From assembly GCA_037146715.1 (NCBI GenBank), contig JBAWWO010000002.1:81417-145416 (forward strand): a stretch of 64,000 nt of DNA. Direction: 5' to 3'. A program made the position numbers and the translations under genes. Each line of letters opens with the position of its first letter. Positions within the stretch are counted from its first letter, which is position 1. The notes under the pieces are model-generated. The model did no database searches, had not been told where the DNA came from, and worked only from the letters and a program-made list of their open reading frames with translations. Below, in pieces: positions 1 to 10,934 of the stretch. The stretch comes from Alphaproteobacteria bacterium (GTDB taxonomy: Bacteria > Pseudomonadota > Alphaproteobacteria > UBA7879 > UBA5542).

Positions 1-1
1 G

Positions 2-289
2 CACTTAGACCCAGAATTTCTGCCAAGCGAGAAGGCCTTAGTCATTGAACTCGCGTCCTGTTTTGATCAAATTCCCGAGAGCCTTTATGATGGAGTTTTG
101 ACTCATTTGCAGAGTTATTCGGGCTCCAAAATAGAAACCTGGACAATGCTATTAGAGTTTAAGGAATCGGACCTTGACTTCCAGAAATTGAGTGATCTTC
201 TACAAGATCTTGAGACTGATGATCCCGATTCATGGGAAAAGCCTTCTCAGATTAGCAAAGCAATTAAAAAGAGCTTGAGAAATCCTTGA
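2..289 (+). CDS. 3-prime end of a gene that begins upstream of the window; hypothetical protein
   Basis: Frame 2 is open from base 2 to the TGA at 287-289. The track ORF 98..289 is only the part after an internal TTG. No recognisable motif. Confidence 0.4.
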   Translation, partial: HLDPEFLPSEKALVIELASCFDQIPESLYDGVLTHLQSYSGSKIETWTMLLEFKESDLDFQKLSDLLQDLETDDPDSWEKPSQISKAIKKSLRNP

Positions 290-346
290 TACCAAACCTC
301 TTTTGTTTTGCAATTACAATTTAAACATTTTATAACCTTTAGGGTG

Positions 347-423
347 GCGCTCGTAGCTCAGTAGGATAGAGCACAAAATTCCTAATTTTGGGGTCGGAGG
401 TTCGAATCCTCTCGAGCGCACCA
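347..423 (+). tRNA. tRNA-Arg (anticodon CCT), CCA encoded
   Basis: Manual cloverleaf: acceptor GCGCTCG/CGAGCGC, D arm GCTC-AGTAGGATA-GAGC, anticodon stem CAAAA/TTTTG with loop TTCCTAA, T arm GGAGG-TTCGAAT-CCTCT, then A-CCA. Length 77 nt. Confidence 0.9.
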
Positions 424-465
424 TTTTTCCTTTTCAAGAACCAAAAATCACAGTACGATCTCTCT

Positions 466-924
466 ATGGGTATATTACAAATCACTTATGCTGAATGGTT
501 CACTCTGGGGGTTCTTCTTTTCCTGATAGCTCTTATCGTCAGAAGAAAGATCTCTATTTCCCTAAGTTTGGGGGCAATGTTGACAGGTTTGGTTGTGTGG
601 GGATTTACCTTATACACAGAAAGCATCACTATTTATAAGGAAATCTGGTTACAACTGGTTATTTTCTTTGCTTCCTTTTTGCTTATTTCTTTTATTTTTC
701 CTGGTCATTTAATATCCCGCAAGGGAAGAATCCCCTCCAGCAAATTCCGTCCGAAAAAAGGTCAGGTCTTTGTGCTCCCTACCCCCATTGTCGCAGGGCA
801 AGCCCTTATTGAAATTGAGGGGCAACAATGGACAATCATCGGCCCCGATTTACCCGCAGGAACTTCTGTGGTAGTATCCGCCACGGAAGAATTTAGAATT
901 TTTGTTAACACTCTATCAAAATAA
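466..924 (+). CDS. NfeD-family membrane protein (C-terminal OB-fold)
   Basis: N-terminal TM helices are followed by a GQVFVL...GQALIEIEGQQWTIIGPDLPAGTSVVV block typical of the NfeD C-domain. The start is moved to the ATG at 466 because the track ORF start at 388 overlaps tRNA-Arg. Confidence 0.65.
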   Translation: MGILQITYAEWFTLGVLLFLIALIVRRKISISLSLGAMLTGLVVWGFTLYTESITIYKEIWLQLVIFFASFLLISFIFPGHLISRKGRIPSSKFRPKKGQVFVLPTPIVAGQALIEIEGQQWTIIGPDLPAGTSVVVSATEEFRIFVNTLSK

Positions 925-930
925 AGAACG

Positions 931-1152
931 ATGAAAGAACTCATGACTTTTGAAAAAGCTCTGGAAGAGCTAGAAACTATTGTAAAAAAGCTAGAACTTG
1001 CTCAAGACAGCTTGGAAAACTCAATTGCTTTATATGAAAAAGGCGTTCAGCTCAAAAAATTCTGTGAAGAAAAACTGAAGGATGCCACCCTCAAAATAGA
1101 AAAAATCAGCTTGAGCAGCAATGGCACCCCCGAACTGGTGGATCAGATTTAA
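931..1152 (+). CDS. xseB: exodeoxyribonuclease VII small subunit
   Basis: 73 aa. FEKALEELETIVKKLE...LENSIALYEKGVQL matches the XseB helical hairpin signature. Confidence 0.85.
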   Translation: MKELMTFEKALEELETIVKKLELAQDSLENSIALYEKGVQLKKFCEEKLKDATLKIEKISLSSNGTPELVDQI

Positions 1153-1261
1153 TCTTCTCGCACACAACATCTTCCCCAGACCAGAAGATCTGCTTCTTTC
1201 CTGACATATACAATTAAAAATCTGTATGATAGGATTATAAAAAAGTAACAGCGAGATACTC

Positions 1262-3316
1262 ATGAAAAAAATATTTTTAATCACTTTATGTGCCCTGATG
1301 TTTTCTCTTGAAAGCCCTGCTGCTTCATCCGTTGCTGGCATGTTAAAAAGCGGCGCTGATGAGGTCGTAAGTGCTGGGTCCAGTTTGAATAAATTCTCAG
1401 ACTATCTCTCGAAAAATTTTAATGAGAGTTTTTCCTCGGTTCGTCATATTTTTCAATATTTTGACACGGAAACCGCCTCTATTGCCCCAGATGAAGGGTC
1501 CTGGGGCATTTTAATTGCCCAGTTTATTAAAACCCTTCTGGTTCTGTTTCTGTCAATAGGGGGCTTTTTCGTCCTGCAACGCTTTATCTTTTTTGTGTGG
1601 ATTCATCACCCATCTCAGAAAGGCTATAGCATTAGCAAAGGAGACCGAATTTTATTCTATGTTGCCCCGTGGATAGTTTTTCTTTTGCTTGGAAATTTTT
1701 TTGCTAATCTATTCAGCTTATTCCCTGTGTTACACAGCGCCTTGATAAAAACTTTCTTTATTTTTGCAACTATTTTTCCCATCAAACAAATTGCTTTTCT
1801 GTTTTATAAGGTAGATCAAAAAAATCTAGACGTAAAATCTCGCAAAAAGCTAAGAATGGTTGCCCCACCCTTTATTTATCGGTGGGTAATCTATTTGTTT
1901 TCTTTGGGTTTGATCTGCGCTGGGTTGATTTTAGTTTCTGCTTTTTTTATGGATTTTTTAATAGACCACAAGGGGGATGTGGGCCCTCTGATTTATAATC
2001 ACCTTCATCATCCTTCAATCATTTTTCCTGGGCAGTTAGTCTTTTATTTTTATATGGTTAGTTTGTTTTTATTTGTTTTATCTCTTGAACTGTTTTCTGA
2101 AGAAAACAAAAAAATACTTCCTGACAAAAAACTGCATGTTTTTGCCCACTATTGGAAACATTATGGAAAATATTGGAACCATCTGGCCAGATGGGGAATA
2201 TTATGTTCTTTTTTTATATGGTTTGGGGTTGAGGTGGAACTTGTGCCCTCTAAATTTCTGGATATTCTTTTAGGGGTCGATTTCCTTTTAATTCTGCTGT
2301 CTTCCCGTGCCGTTACAACAAATGTTTTGGGCTATGTTTCCGTAAGACTGACTGAGAAAATCCTATCTTCAAAGATGATTGATATTTTAGATTGTCGAAA
2401 ATTTTTCCGACTGGTCGGCTATTCTATCTATTATTTTCTATCTTTCTATTGCCTGATGAGTCTGTGGGGTTTTGATAAAGCAACTGAATCCATAGAGCAC
2501 ATATGCTATATTTTGTTCGAAAAAATCTTCTTTATTTCGCTTATTATCTTTATAACCTTTTCCGTAAGAAATTTCTTTCTTTCTATCATTAGAAAAATCT
2601 TAAATAGTCGAACGGAAAAAGAAATTGCTCTGCGGTCAGGAAACAGGTTGTATACTTTTCTGACGGTTTTTGAAGCCCTTCTTCCCACGTTTCTTTGGAT
2701 TCCAAGCCTAAGCATAATTCTGCTTCTGTTTGGATTAAGCGGCACAATTATCTTGATGGTATTTGCGGGTCTTGGTGCCGTTCTTGTATGGGTGGGCCAA
2801 AACGTGATGCAAGACATGATGAAAGGCATCATTTATATGATGGAAGATATTGTGGTTATTGGGGAAGAAGTTACCATCAATGATCATACGTCAGGCCGCA
2901 TTGAGCGCATCAGTTTACATAGCATTTCCGTGCGAGATTTCAATGGACTCCTTCACACTTATTCCTTTGGAAAAATTGACTCTATTGCCAGTTCCGAATG
3001 GAAATTTGTTAACCTAGTTTTGGATGTTATTATTGATTATAAGTCAGACCTAGAAAAAGCTATGGAGCTGATGCGAAAAGTTATTTTAGATATGAAAAAA
3101 GACCATGAAGATCAAAATCTACTTCAAGAAAACACGCTTGAGGTTTATGTGGAAGACTTCATTCAATATGGGGTTCACGTGAAAGCCCGGATCAAGATGA
3201 TTCCTGGTGCAAGAAAAACTCTAAAAACAGTTTTTTACCGCAGACTTAAACAAGCTTTTGACAAAAATAAAATTCAGATAGGAATTGTGGATCCAACAGT
3301 TACCTTGAATCCTTAA
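1262..3316 (+). CDS. large MscS-family mechanosensitive channel
   Basis: Signal-like N-terminus and many TM segments. The C-terminal MscS core reads GQNVMQDMMKGIIYMMEDIVVIGEEVTINDHTSGRIERISLHSISVRDFNG. Confidence 0.85.
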   Translation: MKKIFLITLCALMFSLESPAASSVAGMLKSGADEVVSAGSSLNKFSDYLSKNFNESFSSVRHIFQYFDTETASIAPDEGSWGILIAQFIKTLLVLFLSIGGFFVLQRFIFFVWIHHPSQKGYSISKGDRILFYVAPWIVFLLLGNFFANLFSLFPVLHSALIKTFFIFATIFPIKQIAFLFYKVDQKNLDVKSRKKLRMVAPPFIYRWVIYLFSLGLICAGLILVSAFFMDFLIDHKGDVGPLIYNHLHHPSIIFPGQLVFYFYMVSLFLFVLSLELFSEENKKILPDKKLHVFAHYWKHYGKYWNHLARWGILCSFFIWFGVEVELVPSKFLDILLGVDFLLILLSSRAVTTNVLGYVSVRLTEKILSSKMIDILDCRKFFRLVGYSIYYFLSFYCLMSLWGFDKATESIEHICYILFEKIFFISLIIFITFSVRNFFLSIIRKILNSRTEKEIALRSGNRLYTFLTVFEALLPTFLWIPSLSIILLLFGLSGTIILMVFAGLGAVLVWVGQNVMQDMMKGIIYMMEDIVVIGEEVTINDHTSGRIERISLHSISVRDFNGLLHTYSFGKIDSIASSEWKFVNLVLDVIIDYKSDLEKAMELMRKVILDMKKDHEDQNLLQENTLEVYVEDFIQYGVHVKARIKMIPGARKTLKTVFYRRLKQAFDKNKIQIGIVDPTVTLNP

Positions 3317-3326
3317 AAGATGAAAA

Positions 3327-3953
3327 ATGATAAGAACTGTCTCTTTTTTTAGTTTGATGTTATTATTTATTTCAACATATGGGGCTCCGTCAGAAAGCAT
3401 TATTAAGAACTGGGCCAATGAAGAATATATGCGCCCTTATTATGGGACTATATCTGAATTTCGAAAACTTATAGAGCAAGCCTCTCCAAAATCTAAAAAT
3501 GGCTTCATAAACCACCCCACGCCAGATTTTGATAATTTTAGATCCCCAAAATATTTATTTCTAGAGATCGCAAAAGGAGATTACATTACTGGATTTTTCA
3601 CGCCTTTTGGAAAAATAACTCTTATGCCCAGTGGGGCTCTAGATGATTGGATAGAGTACACACAAAAAATTATGAGCCAAGCAGCCAATCAATGGGAATT
3701 AGTTGATGTGACGTCTCATGTTAAGTGGTACGAGTTTTCTGGCGGCAAAGATGGGGAATCTATGCAAAAACCAGTGACTCTTAAGCAAAAAAGTGCAAAA
3801 CTTTTTCTGATAAAATCTTTTAAGGGACATCAATTTATCAAAAGCCCTGACAAAGAATTTCTATTATTTTCTAGCGTATCTCTTTCGGACGAGTGCAGCG
3901 AGAAAGACACGGCTCTATTCCACAAACTTTCTAGTGGCAGGAATTGTTTCTAA
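3327..3953 (+). CDS. hypothetical exported protein
   Basis: 208-aa ORF with a Sec-like signal peptide (MIRTVSFFSLMLLFISTYGAPS). No motif recognised. Looks AT-richer than its neighbours by eye. Confidence 0.5.
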   Translation: MIRTVSFFSLMLLFISTYGAPSESIIKNWANEEYMRPYYGTISEFRKLIEQASPKSKNGFINHPTPDFDNFRSPKYLFLEIAKGDYITGFFTPFGKITLMPSGALDDWIEYTQKIMSQAANQWELVDVTSHVKWYEFSGGKDGESMQKPVTLKQKSAKLFLIKSFKGHQFIKSPDKEFLLFSSVSLSDECSEKDTALFHKLSSGRNCF

Positions 3954-4040
3954 ATCTTCGATCCACGATGGAGCACCACAAAAGATTATGGTTTTTGTAA
4001 AAACCTAGATTTTTGCGTCGAGTACGAGTGAAATAAAGGG

Positions 4041-4083
4041 CGTGGATTCCGACGTGTACATTTGGGTACATGAGGAATCCACG
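4041..4083. repeat. hairpin with perfect 10-bp arms (CGTGGATTCC / GGAATCCACG) downstream of groEL; carries the GGAATCCA motif of the dispersed repeat family
   Basis: Arms lie at 4041-4050 and 4074-4083. The 23-nt loop contains a second small palindrome (TGTACA...GTACA). Confidence 0.7.
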
Positions 4084-4124
4084 AGCTTATAATTTCGCGA
4101 AGTAATCGGCCAAAAGGCTAGGCT

Positions 4125-5786
<1,662 letters not shown>

Positions 5787-5796
5787 TTATTAACAA

Positions 5797-6081
5797 CTAT
5801 ATAATTCCAAAAACATCAGATTCTTTCATGATAAGCAGCTCTTCACCGTCTATCTTGACTTCTGTGCCTGACCATTTTCCAAAAAGAACAGTATCACCCA
5901 CCTTAACTTCCAGGGGGTGCTGTTTGCCGGTTTCATCGCGGGCACCAGCCCCAACAGCCAATACTTTACCTTGAATAGGTTTTTCTTTTACCGTATCGGG
6001 GATAATGATGCCCCCTTTGGTTTTTTCTTCTTGTTCTAAGCGACGCACTAAAATACGATCGTGTAAGGGTTTAAATTTCAT
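5797..6081 (-). CDS. groES: co-chaperonin GroES
   Basis: [14 protein letters not shown] start with AGGAAG Shine-Dalgarno upstream. The longer track ORF (to 6165) would run through the CIRCE operator. Confidence 0.96.
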   Translation of the reverse strand: MKFKPLHDRILVRRLEQEEKTKGGIIIPDTVKEKPIQGKVLAVGAGARDETGKQHPLEVKVGDTVLFGKWSGTEVKIDGEELLIMKESDVFGII

Positions 6082-6113
6082 GGTCTTCCTCTTTTTAAAA
6101 GGGTTATTACGAG

Positions 6114-6140
6114 TTAGCACTCTTGTTCTTAGAGTGCTAA
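6114..6140 (-). promoter_or_regulatory. CIRCE operator (HrcA binding site)
   Basis: Perfect TTAGCACTC-N9-GAGTGCTAA inverted repeat, 33 nt upstream of the groES start. Confidence 0.9.
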
Positions 6141-6144
6141 TCTG

Positions 6145-6173
6145 GGTATAAATCAAATTTTTCATCCGGTCAA
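6145..6173 (-). promoter_or_regulatory. sigma-70-like promoter of groES-groEL
   Basis: On the minus strand TTGACC (6173-6168), a 17-nt spacer, then TATACC (6150-6145). The predicted start falls at the edge of CIRCE. Confidence 0.6.
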
Positions 6174-6202
6174 GAGGAGTATATAAGAAAATTAGAATTA
6201 TT

Positions 6203-6259
6203 CCCCACCCTCGTCATTGCGAAGAAATTCGCAGAATTTCTGTGGCAATCCAGCCTCTC
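6203..6259. repeat. copy of a dispersed palindromic repeat module (CGTCATTGC...GCAATCCAGC type)
   Basis: Internal hairpin GAAATTC-GCA-GAATTTC (6224-6240) is flanked by ATTGC/GCAAT. It ends in GCAATCCAGC (6245-6254), which recurs at 12757-12766 and 18596-18605. Confidence 0.6.
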
Positions 6260-6330
6260 TTTTTCCAACTTCAAATTAAAGCAACATTGCCCTCTTGATT
6301 TTTTCTCCATTTTTTTGTTTCATCTGTTCC

Positions 6331-7422
6331 ATGACAAACCCTTATCTGACAGAAACTTTACAACTGATCCGCAGTGAAAATCTGGGGCCGTTGACCTTTC
6401 ATCGGCTGCTCCAGCATTACCCAAATCCAGAAACCATTGTGACTCAGTGGGATGAGATTAAGGGACGGCTTAAGCGCAAAATTACCCTGCCCCCCCTGCC
6501 TCTGATCCACACAGAAATCGATAATACCTTAAAATTTGGGGCCCAGTTCATCACCCTTTTTGACCCCCAGTATCCAGACCTTTTAAAGCAGCTGCCCGAT
6601 GCGCCACCTGTTTTGATTGTAAAGGGGAATCTGGATTTGCTCACCCAAAACACTTTAGGTCTTGTTGGGGCGCGCAATGCCTCAAGTCACAGCTGTCGCC
6701 TTGCTTTTAAGATCGCTGCCACCATGGGAAAAGCCGACTGGGTTGTGGCCTCAGGTTTAGCCCGGGGGATCGATACGGCTGCCCATAAGGGGGCTTTAGA
6801 AACGGGTACCCTTGCGGTGATTGGCGGCGGTATTGACAATGTGTATCCGGAAGAAAACAAAGTGCTCTATGAAAAAATTTCCCAAGAAGGTCTCCTACTA
6901 ACAGAAGTGCCCTATGGAACCACCCCACAAGCCTCTCACTTTCCCCGGCGCAATCGGTTGATTTCTGGCTTGTCTCAAGGGCTGCTGGTGGTTGAGGCCT
7001 CAATCCAGTCCGGGTCCCTGATCACCGCCAACTGCGCCACAGAACAGGGTCGGGAAGTCTTTGCTGTACCGGGTTCCCCCATGGATCCCCGATGCCGGGG
7101 CACCAATTTTTTGCTGAAACAAGGGGCTATTTTAACAGAATCGGCCCAAGATATTTTAAATGTATTGGAAAAAAGATCTATGTTGCACGCCCCCCAGCAA
7201 AGCACACTGTTCGCAGAAGAATCCCCCCTGGAATTTTCCCCAACAGATGTGCAAAACACCTTGCTGACTGTGCTGAATGCCACCCCCTTGTCGGTCCATA
7301 CCTTGATTCAAGAAACCCGCCTGCCCGCTGACAAGCTGTGGCCTCTTTTGCTAGACTTAGAGATGTCTCAAAAGATTGAACGCCATCCGGGGGATTCTTT
7401 TTCGAAGGTTTTTGCATCTTAA
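6331..7422 (+). CDS. dprA: DNA-processing protein DprA (Smf family)
   Basis: LGLVGARNAS...ASGLARGIDTAAHKGAL...FPRRNRLISGLS...VVEA..QSGSLITA..A.EQGREVFAVPG signature. An alternative TTG start lies at 6295. Confidence 0.9.
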   Translation: MTNPYLTETLQLIRSENLGPLTFHRLLQHYPNPETIVTQWDEIKGRLKRKITLPPLPLIHTEIDNTLKFGAQFITLFDPQYPDLLKQLPDAPPVLIVKGNLDLLTQNTLGLVGARNASSHSCRLAFKIAATMGKADWVVASGLARGIDTAAHKGALETGTLAVIGGGIDNVYPEENKVLYEKISQEGLLLTEVPYGTTPQASHFPRRNRLISGLSQGLLVVEASIQSGSLITANCATEQGREVFAVPGSPMDPRCRGTNFLLKQGAILTESAQDILNVLEKRSMLHAPQQSTLFAEESPLEFSPTDVQNTLLTVLNATPLSVHTLIQETRLPADKLWPLLLDLEMSQKIERHPGDSFSKVFAS

Positions 7423-7509
7423 ATCCGCTACCATCACCTTGAATTTATTTCGGGATGACGATTGAAGTTGAATGGTATAATGTCAGATCATAAATCATAG
7501 AAGGACGTC

Positions 7510-9429
7510 ATGTGTGGATTAACCGGCTTTTGGGAGCTTAAAACCCGCTTTACAAAAGAAAATGAACATCAGGTTGCTGAAAAAATGGCCCTAAGCCTTA
7601 AGGCGCGGGGACCAGATGATAAGGGCACTTGGGTTGATGAAAATATAGGTTTAGCCTTTGGTTATAGGCGCTTGGCCATTATTGACATTTCTCCCCTGGG
7701 GGCCCAACCGATGGTATCGACTTCAGGCAACAGTGTTTTGGTTTTTAACGGGGAAATTTATAATTTTCAAGAGATACGGCACGACCTTGAATCCAAAGGC
7801 ATTCGCTTTAAAAGCCATTCTGATACAGAAGTTTTACTGGAAGCCTGTGAATTCTACGGAGTTCAGAAAGCTGTTGAAAAATGCTTGGGCATGTTCGCCT
7901 TTGCCCTGTGGCGCCGGGATGAACAAAAGCTTTATTTATGCCGGGATCGGCTTGGGGTGAAGCCTCTATACTGGGGCTTTCATAATAAAGTTTTGTTTTT
8001 TGGATCTCAGGTAAATAGTTTTTATGCCCACCCAGCTTTTAAGCCTGAAATTAATCTGGAAGCCCTGGGACTTTATTTTAAATACAACTATGTACCCAGC
8101 CCCCTATCTATCCTTCAGGATATCAACAAAGTAGAACCTGGGCATATTTTAACCATTGATGGGCAAGGTCATGTTCAAGAAACCACCTATTGGTCCCTGG
8201 ATAGAGCTTTACAAAGAGCCCAAGAAAATCCCTACACCCAAAGCTTTGAACAGGCCTGTGAGGATATTGAAACCTTATTGAAAGACTCAGTCAAAAAAAG
8301 AATGATTGCGGATGTTCCCTTGGGGTGTTTCTTGTCGGGGGGGATTGATAGTTCAACGGTTGCGGCACTGATGCAAAGCCAATCACCTACCCCTATCAAA
8401 ACGTTTTCTATTGGCTTTCATGAGGATTTTTATAACGAAGCGCCCCACGCCAAAGCCATTGCCAACCATCTGGGAACAGATCACACCGAATGGTATTGTG
8501 GACCAAAAGACTGCTTAAATCTTGTGCCCGAAATCTGTGAGTGGTTTGATGAGCCCTTTGCGGATGCCTCCCAAATTCCCACCTATCTGGTAGCCAAAAT
8601 GGCCCGACAGCATGTGACCGTAGCTCTGTCAGGGGACGGAGGAGACGAGGTTTTTGCAGGATACAATCGCTATCAAGCCCTAAGCCGCTATGGATGGATT
8701 TTTAAAACCCCCATGTTTTTGCGCAAACTTGGTAGCACGGGCCTGCGTGGGATACCACCTTCTTTGTTGAAAGCGGTGGAAAAATCAGGGGTTTTTCAAC
8801 TTGCTCAATTGCAGGAAAAAACCCATAAAATAGGGCAGTTACTAGACCTAAACACGATAGAAAACTTATATGACGGGCTGGTATCTATTTGGAACCACCC
8901 GTCATCTCTTTTAAAGAACTTCCCCCATTTACCAAATTCCCTCCCTAAGGTTATGGGGGACCCCATCCTTTATATGCAAATGCAAGATATGAAAACCTAT
9001 TTGCCCGATGATATTTTGGTGAAAGTTGATCGGACCAGCATGGCTGTCAGTCTTGAGACCCGGGAACCCCTGCTGGATCACCGGCTTTTGGAGCTTAGTT
9101 TCCGTTTGCCCACGTCCTTTAAAATAAACAAACAGACCTCTAAGCGTCCTTTAAGGTGGATTGCACACAAGCATATTCCAGTTGAGCTTTTAGAGCGTCC
9201 CAAGCAAGGATTTTCCATTCCCCTGGATCAATGGCTGCGTACAGGTTTGAACCCCTGGGCGTCTGATTTACTATCAAAGAATCAACTGGATCAGGATGGC
9301 ATTTTAAATAGTGAGTTCATTCATCAGCAGTGGGCTGACTTTAAAAACCACAAATCCGTCAACCCCCATGGTCTGTGGGGCGTTCTGATGTTTCAATCTT
9401 GGTATCAGCGATTTAAAGAGATGAGGTAA
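7510..9429 (+). CDS. asnB: asparagine synthase (glutamine-hydrolysing) family amidotransferase
   Basis: The MCG N-terminal nucleophile starts the glutaminase domain, and the SGGIDSS PP-loop marks the synthetase domain. 639 aa. Confidence 0.9.
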   Translation: MCGLTGFWELKTRFTKENEHQVAEKMALSLKARGPDDKGTWVDENIGLAFGYRRLAIIDISPLGAQPMVSTSGNSVLVFNGEIYNFQEIRHDLESKGIRFKSHSDTEVLLEACEFYGVQKAVEKCLGMFAFALWRRDEQKLYLCRDRLGVKPLYWGFHNKVLFFGSQVNSFYAHPAFKPEINLEALGLYFKYNYVPSPLSILQDINKVEPGHILTIDGQGHVQETTYWSLDRALQRAQENPYTQSFEQACEDIETLLKDSVKKRMIADVPLGCFLSGGIDSSTVAALMQSQSPTPIKTFSIGFHEDFYNEAPHAKAIANHLGTDHTEWYCGPKDCLNLVPEICEWFDEPFADASQIPTYLVAKMARQHVTVALSGDGGDEVFAGYNRYQALSRYGWIFKTPMFLRKLGSTGLRGIPPSLLKAVEKSGVFQLAQLQEKTHKIGQLLDLNTIENLYDGLVSIWNHPSSLLKNFPHLPNSLPKVMGDPILYMQMQDMKTYLPDDILVKVDRTSMAVSLETREPLLDHRLLELSFRLPTSFKINKQTSKRPLRWIAHKHIPVELLERPKQGFSIPLDQWLRTGLNPWASDLLSKNQLDQDGILNSEFIHQQWADFKNHKSVNPHGLWGVLMFQSWYQRFKEMR

Positions 9430-9590
9430 TACGGTTTTCCCTGGTCGTGATCCTCTAACGTAAAAGATTGGGGGAAGTTCCGAAAACTGCCCCTTTTCTG
9501 TCACCAAATCCTAATATGTACAAGGATGATGAAAGGGGCAGGGTCAAGCCCGAAAAGGCAATAAGAGGGTATATTTTAAAGGTTAGCTTG

Positions 9591-10103
9591 CTATTCGCTT
9601 CTTTCCTCGGCAGTTCTAGGAAGATCAAAGAAATTCCGCACATGCAAAGATTGAGGATCAGGGAAATAACCCCCCATAGGTTTCAAATAGTGACACGTTT
9701 TGGAGAATTCTGCAGCATAGCCATAGCGTAAAAGAGATTCATAATCTTTGTATTTATGTTCATTCAATAGGTCGTTCGCATCCCTTTTTGAGGCATAATC
9801 TGTTGAATGATGCATATCGAGAGAATTCATAAGATTGTCCAGATAAGATTTATTCGCAATGATCTCTAACTTTACTTTCTGCATTGCCAAACCATATTTT
9901 TTAACATCTGCTAAGGCTTGTTTATAGCCTTCCATATATTTGGAATACTGTTCAAATTTGCCGTTATTGTCTTTAACCGCAGTTTTCATCTTCTTTAGAA
10001 TTTCTTTGGCAGTTTCACTAGTGCTCTGATCCGCAGCAAAAGAAGACTCGAAAGAAGCAAGGCCACAGAAAAAAATGAAAATAAATGATAAAGTCTTGTA
10101 CAT
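9591..10103 (-). CDS. hypothetical exported protein
   Basis: The start is taken at MYKTLSFIFIFFCGLASFESSFA (signal peptide). The mature part is helical and Lys/Asp-rich. No motif recognised. Confidence 0.5.
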   Translation of the reverse strand: MYKTLSFIFIFFCGLASFESSFAADQSTSETAKEILKKMKTAVKDNNGKFEQYSKYMEGYKQALADVKKYGLAMQKVKLEIIANKSYLDNLMNSLDMHHSTDYASKRDANDLLNEHKYKDYESLLRYGYAAEFSKTCHYLKPMGGYFPDPQSLHVRNFFDLPRTAEERSE

Positions 10104-10396
10104 GGTATCCCCTGTTTTCTTAAATGTTGATCCAATCATAGCATATAAAAATGTTTACACAACTGGAAATCTTGAGTTTTCTTAAATTATTTTCCTTTTG
10201 TTGCTTAAGAAACAGAAAAATAAAACAGTCCAGCTTCTTTAGGGGGTTAAACTGCAACCATGGGGGTTTTTGTTACTTTACAATTACCAAAAAAACAAAA
10301 AAGATCAGAAAAAACGCATTATTTTCTGGAACTCTAAAAAAAGTTATGATAGGGATAAGTTATGGAACAACAATCCTAAACGTAAAGGAGATCGAC

Positions 10397-10594
10397 GTGA
10401 AACAAGCATATATCATTTTGTCTCTTGCCGCTTTGTTGGCTTTGGCTAACTGCAGCAAGAAAGATGAAGCTTCATCAGATCAAGCAACAGAAACAACAAC
10501 AGAAACAACAGATGCATCTGCCACTTCTGGAGACGCTTCTGAAGCTTCTACTGATGCTGCTGCTGATACAAGCTCTGACGAAAAGTCTGAGTAA
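10397..10594 (+). CDS. small acidic Thr/Ser/Asp/Glu-rich lipoprotein
   Basis: GTG start sits 6 nt after AGGAG. Lipobox LALANC. The remainder is a low-complexity acidic tail. A strong terminator follows the gene. The upstream part of track ORF 10151..10594 lacks coding features. Confidence 0.55.
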   Translation: MKQAYIILSLAALLALANCSKKDEASSDQATETTTETTDASATSGDASEASTDAAADTSSDEKSE

Positions 10595-10628
10595 GGTCTG
10601 AATAAAGTTTTACTTTATTTTAAAGGTG

Positions 10629-10663
10629 AAAGGCTTTCTTATTAGAAAGCCTTTTTCTTTTGG
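10629..10663 (+). terminator. rho-independent terminator
   Basis: AAAGGCTTTCT-TATT-AGAAAGCCTTT stem-loop followed by a T-rich run. Confidence 0.8.
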
Positions 10664-10699
10664 TAGAAACCGAACCCAATCTCCCCATTTCTTTCCTTG

Positions 10700-10934
10700 A
10701 GCTGACTCTAGGACCCCCGCCTTACTTACAAAGGATAACCTAACGAAACAATCCACCTGTTGCGTAGCAACCAGTCGGAACGCCTACTATGTAGAAAGAA
10801 AAAGGAAGTGCTGGATTACGACAGCCTTTCAGACCTCGTAATGACGGAAATTGGAGGCAGCAGCACTCTACTACTTTCCTCGGACGACCCGAGAACCTGC
10901 AGTTTCGCGATGCCCCTAAAGGCTAGGTTTTAAT
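10700..10934. repeat. mosaic of dispersed palindromic repeat modules downstream of rplS
   Basis: Contains GGACCCCCGCCTTACTT...AACCTAACG (compare 18476-18510), variants of the AATCCAGC motif, a CTCGG-ACGAC-CCGAG hairpin, and TTTCGCGA-N7-AAAGGCTAGG, which is also found downstream of groEL. Confidence 0.6.

Noticed and set aside
388-465. N-terminal extension of track ORF 388..924
   Set aside because: It overlaps the 3-prime half of tRNA-Arg (347-423) on the same strand. The NfeD-like protein more plausibly starts at the ATG at 466.
5797-6165. Long (122 aa) version of the groES ORF
   Set aside because: The extension would read through the CIRCE operator and the promoter. [12 protein letters not shown] preceded by AGGAAG is the canonical GroES start.
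9487-9541. Inverted repeat CTGCCCCTTT...AAAGGGGCAG between the convergent asnB and exported-protein genes, as a terminator
   Set aside because: The arms are perfect, but the 35-nt loop and the lack of a flanking T-run make an intrinsic terminator call weak. It may be another degenerate repeat fragment, since GGGTCAAGCCCGA follows at about 9542.
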